From positions 403,691 through 467,690 of the forward strand of contig NW_003314270.1 of NCBI RefSeq assembly GCF_000143415.4: a stretch of DNA of 64,000 bases, written 5' to 3'. Below, in pieces: positions 24,601 through 38,900 of the stretch. The DNA is from Selaginella moellendorffii (Eukaryota; Plantae; Lycopodiophyta). The translations under genes and the position numbers were made by a program. The notes beneath the pieces are model-generated. The model was not told the DNA's origin. It did not search any database and worked only from the letters and a program-made list of their open reading frames with translations. The first letter of the stretch is position 1. Each line of letters begins with the position of its first letter.

Positions 24601-27600
24601 ATGAGTTGTAGGACTTGACAACTATGAGGCAACTAAGCAAGAGGTGCAAAATAACTGGTTAAATGGGTAGAAGGTAGCTACCCAAGACTTCTAGTATAGG
24701 GAAGTCGGATATACCCTTACGGGGGATAAGTTGCTTATGTTGCGATATAGTAAGTCAATGTCATAAAAGGAAATACTCATTGTCAAGAAAGCCATCATTG
24801 GGACACCCGAACACTCTAGAACACCAGAAGGTGGTGTTTGATGTCGCAAGGGCAATGGATAAAGCCCAAGGGACTAAGTCCCTAGCGAATGATGGATAGA
24901 AGGTGCTATCCAAATGTCCAAGGTTGCGGAGACAGGAGAGGACTGTCTACCCAAGTTGGACAAAGCCAAAAATGGAATTTTGGCAAGGCTAGTGATGGGC
25001 ATGTAAAGGCCCATAAGCAACAATGTAACCCCAGTGTGTGGGATTATAAGCTGAGCATACCCGGATTGAGGAACCACTCCCTGGGCTATTGGGTAGGTTC
25101 ATCCCTAAGAATACTTGCTAAGGCATGATAGAAAGTGCAAAGCTATCCTCCTGGTCTGGAGGAGAATGACCGAAGGAAAGGTGTGAAGCCAAAGGCAAGT
25201 AGTGTTGGGATGGAACTGAACCATAGAAATCAAAGGGCATATCCAACAGTGGTTATGAAAGTTGGGAGTGGAGAATCAAGAGGGTGCTCGAGGATGTTGT
25301 TGCTAGCAACCGTGATGCCATGGAGAGTCTAAAATATGGAATTGTCCATGTTAGACTATATGGCAACTATAAAGCTTGCGAAAGGGGAGGCCTTAGCAAG
25401 CTGAGGGACAGAGTTCCTTCAAAGTTCCCAAAGACGATTCTAGGTAGCGTAGTACCTAGAAAGGCCAAGTGTAAATGGTTCATGGAACGCGCGAAATCAG
25501 AGTGGCGCAGCAGAAGCGTGGTCTTGAAGCTTGCCATGAGGCAAGGTTATCAAGGTTAGGGAAGTAGTTCCCGAGTGTTCAAAGAGAGGGCTTTGAACGA
25601 AAGTCGATGGTCAAGGACTTTCACGCTTATGCAGGAACCATGTTACAATGGTCGGAGGACTTGCCAAGTGAGATTGGCACGTCGGGGGAACAAAGACCCT
25701 AGTTGAAGGTGATATCTTCAAAAAGGGTGGGCCAGGGGGCCGAGCATGGAGGAGTCCATGCATGATCATAGACATGTCAAGTGAGAGGACTTGGCAGTGT
25801 TGAGGAACTAGGTTCCTAAGCTGTGATCTGTAGCGCGCTTTAAAAATAAGTTGGTGCACCGGCGTGGGGAGTCACGCCAGGCATCTAGTGTGATGCCGTC
25901 CATAGATGCATATACGGAGGTTGGGTTCGAGTCCCGACCCTCTAGTGCTTGGGTTCGAGTCCCAAATCACTAGGGCGTGGTGATGGTTTGGAATATGAGG
26001 ACACTCATATTTCGGTGGTCATGGACTCTCAGTGGGGAGACTGGTTTGGGCACACCGCCAAGCGAGGGATGCCTCGGAGTCGTGATGCACGGTTAGATTG
26101 CTTAGTGTGAAAGCTCGGCATATCTAACTTGAACGCTTTGGTGCAAGTGGCACCAAGGTCGTGGTGAGTGAGATGGGGACACCTAATCTCAGTTGCTATG
26201 AACCCTTGGCCGTAAGGGCTAGCTTGGGTGCACCGCCAAGTGTGGGGGATGCCCCCGGGGTTATAGTCAACAACTTGGAGGTCTAGAAGACCAAGTACCT
26301 CTTGGCAACTCTGTTAAGGTGCCAAGGTGAGATCACTAGGTGATCTTATGGCTAGATAAGGACAAGGTCCTTGGTTGGCTAAGGAATGAAGTTCCTGGTT
26401 CAAAATGTTGAAATTGAACTGTTTAAGATGGTGTGGCTTGGTCGCGATGACCAAGTGGGAAGAGCACCTAAGGGAAATAAACTATGTCCGTCCGATGGCA
26501 TAGTGAGTCCGAGGAAAGTAGTCTCTATAAAAGACCCATGGGAGGGTCACGAAGTTGGGCCATGATAGAGCCCATAGCAGAATATGCTAAAGAGACATAC
26601 TAGGGGTGAACATCCTCCGGACTTGGCAAAGAAGAGTCTTTGCTATGGAACCGAAAGGATACCTCAAAAATGGAGGTAGCGATCCGATGTTGCTGGGTGC
26701 AACAATCAAGGATAGGAGCAAAGGACTAGTGGCCAAAGTTTGGGCCATGGAATTTAATGGAAGGGATCCAAATGGCAAAGTTAGCCAAGGAACACTAATG
26801 TGTTCGATGCTAACAGCTTGTGGGAAAGGAAGCGGACTTTCAAGGACGGATTCCTAAGTGCTCCAATTTGGCGAAGTAAAGGCTCCAAGTGAGGGAGCGG
26901 TAAGGTAGCCAAATGATAGGGCCATAGACAGCCCTAGCACAAGGTATGATAAATGGAACTTAGTGCCCAAGGTGACACGAAATAGAAGAGAGGATGATGG
27001 TGCCCTCAAGTAATGAACTTCCTAGGATAGGGAAGTGGAGTTGCACAATCTGTGCAATGCAAGGTGTTGGAGACACCTAGGAAATTGACTCCCAAAAAGT
27101 CAAAAGAGTAAAAGTTCCAAGGTGCAAACATTCAATAGATGGAAATTGAGACTACTCGAGGAGGAGTAGTGGGATTGACTTAGAGAAGGGTCTCTAAGAG
27201 GTTTAGCAAGAACTAAACCAATAAAATTGGAGAACCATTACATGTGGTCCAATCAATCTCTAAGTTGGAGAGACTACGCTCCTTAAAGGATGGACAAGGC
27301 ATGGTGAGCCTTTGATGTCAAACCATAGACAAAGATTGGCTAGGTGCCAAGGATGGAAATGGTAACACGTGTGGGTGTTACTTTATGAAAGGGTTTACCG
27401 TTCGATGAGGACATCGAACTTCGTCTATGGGTGGTGGAGTTGTGAGACACAAAATCCCTAGGCCCCAAAGTGGAGCCGGAAGGGCGCCACATGGTAGTGG
27501 CCGAAGCGAGAGCCAAACGAGCGTAACACGTTTGGACCAAAAGCTCCGACTTGAAAAGTCAAGAGCGGGAGTGGAACTCCCAATGAAGTGCTCGAGGAAC

Positions 27601-29191
27601 GAGCACGAAGCGAGCAAAAGGCGAGGCTCCAAAAAGGGACCCAAAAGGACCAACACATGACACGTGGGAGTGTCCGAGATGGACTCGAGTTGGAGTCCGA
27701 AGTGGAGTCCGAGGTGGACCCGAGATGGACCCGAGTTGGAGTCCGAAGTGGAGTCCGAGATGGACCCGAGATGGAGTCCGAGATGGAGTCTGAGATGGAG
27801 TCCGAGGTGGACCCGAGATGGACCCGAGTTGGAGTCCGAAGTGGAGTCCGAGATGGACCCGAGATGGAGTCCGAGATGGAGTCCGAGATGGAGTCCAAGG
27901 TGGACCCGAGATGGACCCGAAATGGAGTCCGAGATGGAGTCCGAGATGGAGTCCGAGATGGAGTCCGAGATGGACCCGAGATGGACCCGAGATGGAGTCC
28001 GAGATGGAGTCTGAGATGGAGTCCGAGATGGAGTCCGAAGTCGAGACCGAGACCGGGACCGAGACCGAGACCGAGACCGAGATCGGGACTGAGACCGAGA
28101 CCGAGGCCAAGGCCGAGACCGAGCCCGAGCCTGAGTCCGAGTCCGAATCCGAATCCGAGTTCGAGTCCGAGTCCGAGTCCGAGTCTGGAGCCTGAGAGGG
28201 TGAAAGCCCAAAGCGTTCGTCTCCCAGACCCTGGGGGGTTTGGTGAGCTCCAAAAGTATAGTAGGGGGAGGACTGCAGTGGAGCCAGTTTGGCCAGGAAA
28301 GGCCAGTTTGGCCCAGGAAGGCCGGACCCAGTGTTGGGTGATGAGCTGCCCACTGGGAAGTCCAAGACTAGAGTGAACACGGACCGACAAGCGGGGTAGC
28401 TTGGTGAAGTGTTCAAGAGCCGGCTCTAGTTCCCCCGGGAGATCGTCTGGCCGATGCTCCCAGTCCAAGTGTGGGTGGCACTACCTACTTGGATACCAGG
28501 CGTGGCTCAACAGAACCTCGCTCTAAGCCCATGGCTAGAGCACCTAAAGGCGATAGGTGGGGAGAGTACCCAGGTGGCTCGCGTAAGGCCACGGTGTTCC
28601 GAAATGTTGTCCCAAAGGCCCAGACTGTGGAAAGGAAGAGGAGCAGTCCTCTGGGGTAGTGACCAAGGACACAGTCATGTGGTGAGGAAGTCCCAGGGGA
28701 CCGTGGGACTTAGTGGTCGGGCCTGTGGGCCTCGATCCAGTGGCAGTGTTGGCAAACACAGCCAGGGGCAGAAAGGGACCTGGTAGGAACTGAGAAAGGG
28801 ACTTTGGGGAAGGCAATTCCCCAGGTCTGTGGGCATCCTAAGGATGCTAAGGAGTGGATCTAGGATGACCACTCGTGGACAGATGGCCCAGTCTTGGAGA
28901 GACGGGATTGTGATGCAAGTGGTATTGGACCACTAGTGCAGCAAAGGTGAATGGGCATGGCCTTAGCGTAACGGGCCGAGATGTCAGTGGTACCTTTGGG
29001 TGTCGGTCTTGGGACTGGACACGTGGAGCACTTGGACCAGGTGCAAGTGTTGAATGGCATGGATGCCATTCTTGGGGCTAGCAAGTCCCAAGTCCTGAAT
29101 TGGACTTATAGAGGTTGTGAATGAGACTCCTCCAAATGGTCGGAGGCATGGTTAAGTGATTAAAGTAGAATGGAAAAATTAGTCGCTTACA
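21629..29191 (+). mobile_element. Intact non-autonomous LTR retroelement, family A (LARD-like), 7,563 bp
   Basis: LTRs 21629-23379 and 27441-29191 (1,751 bp each, near identical); TSD CATTC; PBS TGGTATCGGAGC 23383-23394; PPT 27429-27440; no gag/pol motifs in the 4-kb interior. Confidence 0.95.
21860..22380 (+). repeat. Tandem array inside LTR A (GAGATGGAGTCC / GAGATGGACCC units, then GAGACC and GAGTCC hexamers)
   Basis: Visible directly; repeated at 27672-28192 and in the other family A LTRs. Confidence 0.95.
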
Positions 29192-30590
29192 CATTCTTTT
29201 GCTATGCCACTTTAATTTTGCATATTCTTATGAACCATTTACACTTGCCTTTCTAAATACTAATTTACCTAGAATTGTTTTTGGGAACCTTGAAGGGATT
29301 TTATTTTTAATCTTGCTAAAACCTCTTCTTTTGTAAGCTTTTTTATTGCCATATGGTTTAACATGGACAATTTTATACCTTAGACTCTTTATAGTACCAT
29401 AATTGTCAGTAGCAACACCTTTAAACACCTATTTGATTCTCCATTCTCAATTTGCATAGCCATCATTAGTTATGCCCTTTAATTCCTATAGTTTGATTTT
29501 ATCCCTTTATTACTTGTTTTTGACCTTATATATTCTTTTTAGTTGTTCTCCTTCTTTTTACCATACCTTAGTAAGTATTCTTAGGGATGAACCTACGCAA
29601 TGACTTTATTATTTTGTTCTTTATTATTTATTTTTATAATTTTTATTTTTTCCTTATATTTAAAGCTATTCCATTATATGATGGCATATGTGTAGCTGTT
29701 ATAGACAAATTTATTATGCACATAAACATATTTAATTTATATTTTGTGATTGTATGGATTATAATATTTGCATGGGATATACCACACCATGTGTGCAACT
29801 ATATCATCTCCTCTCTTTTGAGTGATTCAATTCAATCTATAATCCATAAAGTTTGGTATATACAAGAAGTGCAAAGCATTGTAAGATTTTGTTCTGAGCA
29901 ATTAATAAGTGACTTTTCTATTGTTTTCTTGGCCATAACCTGTATAGAGATTGATTCTTTGAAAGAATTTAAGGTGAGATTAAGTTCCTTGAGATTTTGG
30001 GGTGGTGGAGATACAAATCAATTGAAGTTGGTAGATTGTCATTTAGATCCAAGCAATTGATGTTTTGCAATTGTGAAGGGATCTTGCTCAAGAGGATGTT
30101 GCTTTTGAGATTGTGCCAAGAGCCCTAGCATGGTAGTGATAGAAATTAGGCCTTGCTAGGCTACTAAGTGAGATTGACATTTTTGTTTGTAATACAGATT
30201 TTCTATTTTGACATTGCATGGTGATTAATTGTGTTGATCTTAGTATTAGGATGTTAGATGCTTTAGGACTATTCTAATATTCCAACATATAAATTATCTT
30301 TACTACTAACATCTACAATAATTTTACAGATTATGGGTAATATTTTGTCAATATCGAACAAAAAGATCTTGTGGTCTTTCATAATACTTAATTATACAAT
30401 GAGTATATATAATGAATAGGAATAATAATGAAAATAAATCAATATAGTAATTTATAATTGTTTCAAGTTATTTTAAATAGTTATATTGAGATTAAATATT
30501 AAAAATATAAACATAGAAATATTTATAAATGGAGATATAAATAATATAACCCGATATTATAAATATTATAAATTTTCTTTTATATATTAT

Positions 30591-30758
30591 TGTGAGGTAT
30601 AGATGTATATCTACAATGCTATATACTAATATTAACATAATGGAATTTTAATAGCCATTGGATTGGTTTCAATCTAGACGACTCATTTCTACATATAAAC
30701 TAAGGTTTTCAAGTTAATTAAATATACACATTTCTATATTCCATTTTTATATTCCATG
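30591..30758 (+). mobile_element. Degenerate solo LTR related to 6877-7044
   Basis: TGTGAGG...TAATATTAACATA...GATTGGTTTCAAT...TATATTCCA aligns with the reverse complement of 6877-7044. Confidence 0.65.
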
Positions 30759-31554
30759 CACTCATATTAGTGGATATAAGGGTAGTTTTGATTATCCCTT
30801 GCATTGTTTAGATCTTTTATATTATTGTAGTATTTTCCATTTCTTCTCTTTTGTTTTTCTTCTTTTCATTAATCTTTACTGTAGAGTTGTAGCTTCCTCC
30901 TCCTTTTACTCTAGAGTAATAATTAAAATTATGTGATTACAACTAAACAATCAAACTCAATTGATGGTGGCATTTATGACATATGGTGCATTTCCTTTTG
31001 TTTTTGCTACTAATCCTCATATCCAACTAAAGTTCTTCTGAGGGAATTGTACTATTGATTTAACCACTTTATAATGATTGCCACCTATCATTCTTAGGAT
31101 GATGTTTGGTGTCTACACAAGTTTCCCACATGTTTCCAACAAACAACATTGTGCATAGCCACTTGTGTGGAATGGAGCCTTGTCCCAGATGTCTTTAAGT
31201 GCACATGTTAATAATTATAATGATGCCTTTTGGTAATTACATTGTCTTTATTAAAGGTCATGAGTCAGTTATACAATTTGGTGTTCACTTTTACAGTCTT
31301 TTGCTTCATGCAAAGCCAAATATGTTAGATAGGAATGTTTTAGCCAGTGCTTCATCAAATTTTATGGGATTTACTTATGTATGTATTTGCTTTAGCCACC
31401 TTTAATGATGCTCTTCAACTGACACAATGCTATGAGATATCACCTCTCCCATATATCATTATATGTACTTCAACTCTAGAGATGATCTTATTCCATTGCA
31501 AGTTGATGCTATTACTCTTTGTATTCAAGGACAAGGGTGAGGACAAGATTATGG

Positions 31555-31740
31555 TGTAAGCTCCTAAATTTGAACTTCCCAAAATATCATTTAACTTAGT
31601 ATTACTCAAACCCAAGGACACTTAACCCTAAGTATTCCAAGACATTGGAAAAGGGAATCCACTCTTATTTATGGGTTTTTTCCCTTTATATTTAAATCTC
31701 TATGGATCATCTCTTGAGTCATTCTCTTTGGTTTCTTACA
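31555..31740 (-). mobile_element. Cassandra solo LTR
   Basis: Reverse complement of 11796-11989 with perfect TSD TATGG (31550-31554 / 31741-31745). Confidence 0.85.
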
Positions 31741-31989
31741 TATGGCCGTGATGTTTACTACTAAGCATATGATAAATTTAACCACACATATTAGCATTAT
31801 CGGTATTTTCTAAATTGGCATCCTTCATTTGCTAGATAGAGGTTTTAGTGTCAACAACGTCCTATGCTTGACACAAAAAAGTTTCTAAAAAATAAGGAGT
31901 CACACGAGTAATGGAAGGTCCTTGCATGAATAAGTCATTAACTCTTTTATCCTTTTTTTAGGAGTACCATCAAAAGGTTCATAAGGTTT

Positions 31990-34158
31990 TGATGAGCCAC
32001 ACTAGGTATCCAAGTAGGTAGTGCCACCCACACTTGGATTAAGAGCATCAACCATTTAATCTCCCAAAGGAGCTAAAGTCAGCTCTTGAACACTTCACCA
32101 AGTTACCTCACTTGTCCTTCCATGTTCACTCTAACTTTGGACTCCTCAATAGTTATATCATCACCCACCACGTGGGTATAGCCTTCCTTGGTCACATTGG
32201 CCTTTCCTAGCCAAACTAGCTCCAATGGAGTCTTCCCCCTACTATACTTTTCGAGCTTGACAAACCCCTTAGGGTTTAGGAGATGATCACTTTGGGCTTT
32301 CACTCTTGGACTCACACTTTGACTCAGACTCAGACTTAGACTCGGGCTTGGACTTGGTCTCGGTCTTAGTCTCAATCTCGACCTCAGACTCCATTTCACA
32401 CCCCATCTCAAGTCCATCATAGGATCAACCTTAGACTTTCCATCTTGGGTCCATCTTGGACTCTATTTTAGGTCCATCTCAGACTCCATCTCCGGTCCAT
32501 CTCAAACTCCATCTCAAGTCCATCTCGGACTCCATCTTAGGTCCATCTCAGATCCATCTCAGACTCCATTTTGGACTCCATTTCAGATTCCTTCTCAAAC
32601 TCCATCTCAGACTCCATCTCAGATTCCTTCTCCGACTCCATCTTGGACTCTTTTCAGACTTGTTTTTGACACTTCCATGTGTCACAACACTTATTATATA
32701 TCAATCCTTCTTATATCCCTTTTTAGAGACTCATTCATTAAATGCTTCATTCTCATTCCTTGAGCACTTTGTTCAGAGTTCCATTCCCACTCTCAACTTT
32801 CCAAGTTAGAGCCTTTGGTCCAAACATGTTACACTTGTTAAAATTTCGTTTTGACCACTACCATGTGGCACCCTTTCTACTCCACTTTAGAGTTATAGAT
32901 TTGTGTCTCACAACTCCACCACCCATAGACAAAATTTGATATCCTCATTGAACACTAAACCATTTTATAAAGTAATCCTATCATGGATTACCATTTTTCA
33001 TCTTTGGCATTAAGCCAACATTTGTTAATGGTTTGACACTAAAAGCTCACCATACCTTACCCATCCTCTACACCTTCTTTATTTCAATTTTACTACTTAT
33101 TCAAGAGTAATTTTAGCCTCTACCATCATAATATTAACATTTTGAGTCAATGTCTTAGGTGTGTCCAACACCTTGCATTACACTGGTTGTGCAAACACCA
33201 CTTCCCCATCTTAGGAAGTTCTTTACTTGAGGGTACCATCGTCCTCTTTTCTATTTCATACTACCTTTAGCACTAAGTTCTAGTTATCCATAATTCGTAC
33301 TAGAGTTATTTATGGCCTTATTATTTTGCTACTTTGCCGCTCCATCTCTTGGAGATTTCACATTTACCAAATTGGAGTATTTGAGAATCCATCTTTGGAA
33401 ATATATTTCCTTTCCCATAATCTATTTGCATCCTATTCCTCACTTAACTTTGCCATTTGGAATCCTTCTAATAATTTCTATAGCCCTTTTTTTGCCATTC
33501 ATCTTTTGTTCCTATCCTTTGATTATTGCATTAAGAAACATAGGATTACTACCTCCATGCTCGAGGTATCCTTTCGGTTCTATAGCAAAGGCTCTACTTC
33601 ACTAAGTTTAAGGGGTGTTCACCCTTTGTGACCCACACTTGGGTCTTTCTTTAGAGATTATTTTTTTGGACTCATAACACTATTGCATTGTTACAATTCA
33701 TTTCCCTTATGTGTCTTTTCCATTTGGTCACCTTAACCAAGTCATACCATTACTAATAGTTCAAATCAATACTTTGAATTAGGCATCATATTCCTTAACC
33801 TCACAAAAACTTTATCTTTATTTAGCTATGAGATTACTTAGTGATCTCACCTTGATATCTTAACAAGTTTACTAATAGGTGCTAAGTCTTTCAAACATTT
33901 AAGTTGTTGACCATAACCCTAGGGGCATCCCCCACATTTGGCGGTGCACCCACGCCAACGCTTTTAGCCAAGGGTCCATAATAATTAAAACTGAGTGTCC
34001 CTATCTCATTCACCATGTCTTTAGTGCTATTTGCACCAAAATTGTTCAAGTTAAATATATTAAACTTTCACACTAAACAATATAACTGTGCATCACAACT
34101 CTGAGGCATCCCCCATTTATAGTATGCCCAAGTTAGTCTCCTTACTAAGAGTCCATAA
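31990..34158 (-). mobile_element. Degenerate family A fragment (part of LTR plus internal region)
   Basis: Reverse complement of about 26020-28510, with many C>T/G>A changes. Confidence 0.8.
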
Positions 34159-34159
34159 T

Positions 34160-34548
34160 CAAGATTGGTCCTGACCCTTTTGAACAGCAACTGGCCAACT
34201 AGCTGACTGTGGTTATCAACCGGCCGTGAAAGTGCCAAACGGCCAAACGGTTCACAAATTTTTTTTGATAAAAGAAAAACATTTTTAATAAAACTAAACT
34301 AATAAAAGTAGGAAAACCAAAGCATTAGACTAAACCAAACCAAAGTATTAGCCCAAACCAAACCAACTACTACTCAACTTCTTCAACATCTTTGACAATT
34401 TCCTCGACATTTCTGGCATCTTCCTCAACAATCACATCTTCATGTAGAAGATCTTTTTCAGCTAAATCCTCTATACCAAGAGATTCAAGCCTAACTTACA
34501 TCTCTATAATCCTCATCCATTGTGGTTCAATTGCAATTGTGTCAAGAT
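34160..34548 (-). mobile_element. Possible 3' end of a DNA transposon (hAT-like acidic C-terminal tail plus subterminal CGGCC repeats)
   Basis: Minus strand reads ...RLESLGIEDLAEKDLLHEDVIVEEDARNVEEIVKDVEEVE*; no partner end is visible. Confidence 0.3.
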
Positions 34549-34549
34549 C

Positions 34550-34763
34550 GATCTCTAGGGTCTAGGAAACAATCACTTTGGGCTTTCACCTTCGGACTCG
34601 AACTTAGATTTGGACTCAGACTTGGTCTTGGTCTCAGTCTTGGTCTTAGTCTCAATCTCTTTCTCAACTTCAACCTCGAACTCCATCTTGGACCCCATCT
34701 CAGGTCCATCTTGAGCTCAACCTTGGACTCTCCATCTTAGGTCCATCCCGAACTCTATCTCGG
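34550..34763 (-). mobile_element. Family A LTR fragment (continues at 55879-55975 and 62016-62357)
   Basis: The GGACTCCATCTC array resumes after each of two nested insertions. Confidence 0.75.
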
Positions 34764-35970
34764 TGTAAAGAACCAACTCCCCGAGGTGTCGTAGGCTAAA
34801 GGATCCCTGAAAGCAGGATCGAAATGACAAAGAGTTCATCGGATGGGACCAAGTCTGAGATCGAGTCCAAGACCGACTCTGAGACCGAGTTAGAGATAGA
34901 GTCCAGGATCAAATCCGAGGCTGACTCAAAGACCGAGTTCGAAACTGAGTTCGAGACAGAGTTCGAGATCGAAGATCGGGTCCGAGACCGATTCCGAGGT
35001 CAAGTTCGAAGTCAAGTCTGAGATTGGGTTCGAGATCAAGTTCGAGATCGAGTTCGAAACCGAGTCCGAAGTTGGGTCCGAGATCAAGTCCGAGATCAAG
35101 TCTGAGACCGAGTCCAAGTACTAATACAAGTCAAGGGGTGAAAGCCCAAAGCATGCGTCTCCCGGGGGGGGAATTGCTGCAAGGGGTTCCAAAAGTATAG
35201 TAGGGATAGTGAGGTCTAGGAACCAATCTTGAAGGAACTCTCCAGTGGTGCTTCCAAACTGACTTGAGGTTGAGACTAGGGCCGAGGGGCCTTGGGTGGG
35301 AGTGAGCATGGACTCGGGTGGTGCCGGAGGGGCCACCCAAGGAAGTGCTCAAGAGCAACTCCCACTCCCAAAAGGGAAACTGACTGTGGTGCTCTCGGCT
35401 CATGTGGATTGGTGCCCCACTTGAGTACCTTGTAGCTTATTGGTCCTTGCCCTTCCTAGGGGCTTGGGCCTTCCCTTCAAGATGGAAGTCGGGGGGTAGA
35501 GGTACCCATACCGGGCCGTTAGGCCATGGTGTTTTGCCTCGGTGTCCTAAAGCAAGTGTTGCACCCAAAGCTTGGGATTTAGAGGGTCCCATGATTAAGT
35601 CTTGTTGTACCAAAGGATGTTAGGAACCTAGAGGCTTGGTGTGCTTGGCTGCTTGTGCTTGCGAGGAGTGTAGCCAAACCTTAAGTCCAGTCTAACCTGG
35701 GGAGGGGGATTGGGAGAGATTTAGGAATCCGTGGATGGGTGGCTAACGCTCCATTGCTCATGCAGTGAGTAGCTGAAACCAAGTAGGACCAAGTAGGATC
35801 TGGTACAATAGGTGGGAACCTTGGCGAGAGAATTTAGCAAAAGCCAAGGCAGTGTTGGTTGGATAGACGAGATAAGCTGGCAAATTGAAAAGGAAAAATT
35901 TGTGGCTTACAATTTGGTATCAGAGCCTTTTCCTTAGTTCTAGCAAAGGATAGAGACAGATTGCTGGGAG

Positions 35971-38900
35971 ATGGCAAAGGTAGAGCGGAAACGAACCAAG
36001 GCGGAGACGGAACCTCCCCCAGAGCTAGAGCCTTCGGTCGAACAAGAGGCTATGGATGAGGAATCCTTGTATGAAGAGGACTCTAGTGAGGAAACTTCCA
36101 AACAAGAGTCCGGTGGTGAGGTTCGGTCGTCCAAGGCTCGATTAGACATTCTAGAAGGACAATTGGCATAGACCAATGCCTTGCTGGAGACTCTCGTATG
36201 CAAGCTAAAGCGTGACAAGAAGCGGAAGAAAAGGCAAAAGACTGTAGATGCTGGCAATGCAGAAGGTGCAGACCCTTTGGCAGGGACTGAGGCAAAATTA
36301 AACAAGGTCGAATAAACCGAAGTGAAATCAGTCCCTCAGACAGTTCCCAAATACAAACCAAAGCCCCCACCAGTCTTCAAGGGAGTGAATGACTATAAGG
36401 TGGTGGAGGATTAGTTTTACGATATGGAGGACTACTTCTAAGCTTGGTAACTGAGTCCCATGTGGTTACCAAGTGCTGGTCCCATGTGCAAAACCATACT
36501 TGGCAGATAATGCCAAGTCTTGGTGGAGAACGACAGAGGCCAACAAAGGACAGGTGGCCACTTGGGAAATGATGAAGGCGAAGATCCGCGTGACTTACAT
36601 TCCTCTGAATGCTACTCTGCATCTAAGAGACGAGCTGAGTAGGCTGAAGCAGACCGGAACCATTCAGGATTATGTGAATGGGTTTATAGCAAAGAGGATA
36701 CTTGTCACGGACATGGGGGATATGGATGCGTTTCATGCCTTCATATCAGGCTTGCAAACCTGGGCTCGCGGTAAGGTGATGCGTTGGAACTCGACCAACT
36801 ACAAGGAAGCATTGGATGCGGCCATCAAGGTGCATTTCAACGATAACCTGCGAAAGGGGAACAGAACAGGGTCGGGGTCCATGTTTAACAAAGGGGCCAA
36901 ACCAAGGGGAACATATAGCAAAGGGAAATTCAAGAAGAGTTTCTCTAAGAATGAGTCCTCGGGGTTCCGAAAAGGCAAATCTAGCAACTAGCGAACAAGT
37001 ATGTGGGGGAGTCAAGCAAAAAGAGATAAACCCACGGATAAGAAGGTCAAGTCGGTTAGTAACGTGAGAAATAACGTATGCTACAACTGCGGTGAAACGA
37101 GACACTTTTCAAGGGAATGTCCCTACCCGAAGAAGGCCAGAGCCAATACGGCCATTAAGTCAGGTAAAATCCAAACTGAGGTATGTGATTTAGTCCTAGC
37201 TCAAAGTTACTCATTACATGAACAACTTTGGTAAAGAGCCATTCGCGACATCTACTAGCCCTTTGAGGGAAGCTCGGAGGTAGCTTTGTTAAGATCCTTA
37301 TTGACACGGGTGTTTCAGATAATTTTGTGACTGCAGACATAGTCCGGCAAGCCGGACTAATGGTGTAGCGGCTGGGCGAACCAAGAACTATAGAGTTTGT
37401 TCAAGGTAGCCAAAGCACCGATGAGGTACTTTGACAAGCAAGAGTCGAAGTAGGGACATGGAAAGTAAACATGGATTTCACCGTGTTGGACATGGCGGGA
37501 TTTGACGTGATCTTCAGGATTGATTGGTTCAATCAGTTCATGGTAGCCCTGCATGGATAAGGTAGGAACCTTGTGGTATTAGCGAATGCCCAAAGAAGAA
37601 GGTCTAGGGTGGAGGCCCAGGATCTAAAGGTAAGGCAATGCAAGGCCAAAGATTCCTGCCTAAATCTGGTGTTCACGAGAGGACAACTCACTAAAGGAAC
37701 CAAGACAGCATTTTTGTGCTTACTCTTGGTGAAGAGTAACAAAAAGATTGGAATGAAAGAAGTATCTTTAGCGATCCAGTGGGTGTTGGACGAATTCTAG
37801 GATACCATGCCAGAGGAGCTACCGGCGGGGTTGCCCCCCACATGATCGATAAAACATAAGATTGAGCTGGTCGAGGGTGTTGAGGTGGTGGTTCGTCCCC
37901 CTTATCGTTTGAACAAAAAAGAACTCAAGGAGCTCAAGCACCAACTAGAGGAGTTGGTGGACAAAGGATATGTTAAGTTGAGCAAGCCGCTATATGGGGC
38001 ACTGGTGTTATTTGTGAAAAAGAAAGATGGATCTATACGCATGTGCATAGACTACCAATTGCTCAACAAGTATACAAAGAAGAACAAGTACCCTTTGCCA
38101 AGGATTGAGGACCTGTTCGATAGGTTGGGAAAGGTAAAATACTTCTCGAAGATTGACTTAAGGTCAGGATACTACCAGATTAGGGTAGCAGAGGAAGATG
38201 TCGAGAAGACAACCTGTCAAACAAGGTATGGGAGCTTTGAGTTTCTGGTGATGCCCTTTGGGCTATGTAATGCACTGACAACGTTTTCGGCATTGATGAA
38301 CCACATCTTTGTACCCTATCTGGATCACTTTATGGTCGTCTATATTAATGACATCCTGATCTATAGCAAAACGCTAGAGGAGCATGTTGAACACTTGACG
38401 AAGGTGTTTGAGAAACCAAAGGAACACCAGCTGTATGCTAAAGAGAGCAAATGTGACTTTGCTCAACAAGAGGTAAAGTTTCTCAGGCATGTAGTGGGCA
38501 AGGACGAGCTCAAGGTGGACCCTAAGAAGGTCCAAGCGATCTAGGATTGGGAGCGACCATTGAATATAAACGAGTTAAGGGCATTCTTGGGGCTATGCAA
38601 CTACTACCGAAAGTTTATCAAACACTATTCCAGAGTAGCCCTACCCTTAATGGACTAAACGTGAAAAGGGAGGATGGTATGGATAGCAGAATGCGAGGCG
38701 GCATTTGTCCACCTCAAAGGGAAGTTGAGGAAGGCTCTCGTATTGGCATTACTAGACTTTGGTAAAGACTTTGAGGTAGAAACAGATGCTTCAGACTTTC
38801 TGTTGGGTGCAGTTTTGAAGTAAGACAACCATCCAATATTGTTCTTCTCGAAGAAGTTGGACAAGGCTCAACGGAAGTGGCCTACCTATGAGAAGGAATT

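Noticed and set aside
29587-30060. 157-aa hydrophobic ORF
   Set aside because: AT-rich low-complexity sequence that starts in a family A remnant; no domain.
30950-31990. Possible decayed coding sequence around the Cassandra solo LTR
   Set aside because: Too many stops to assign a family.
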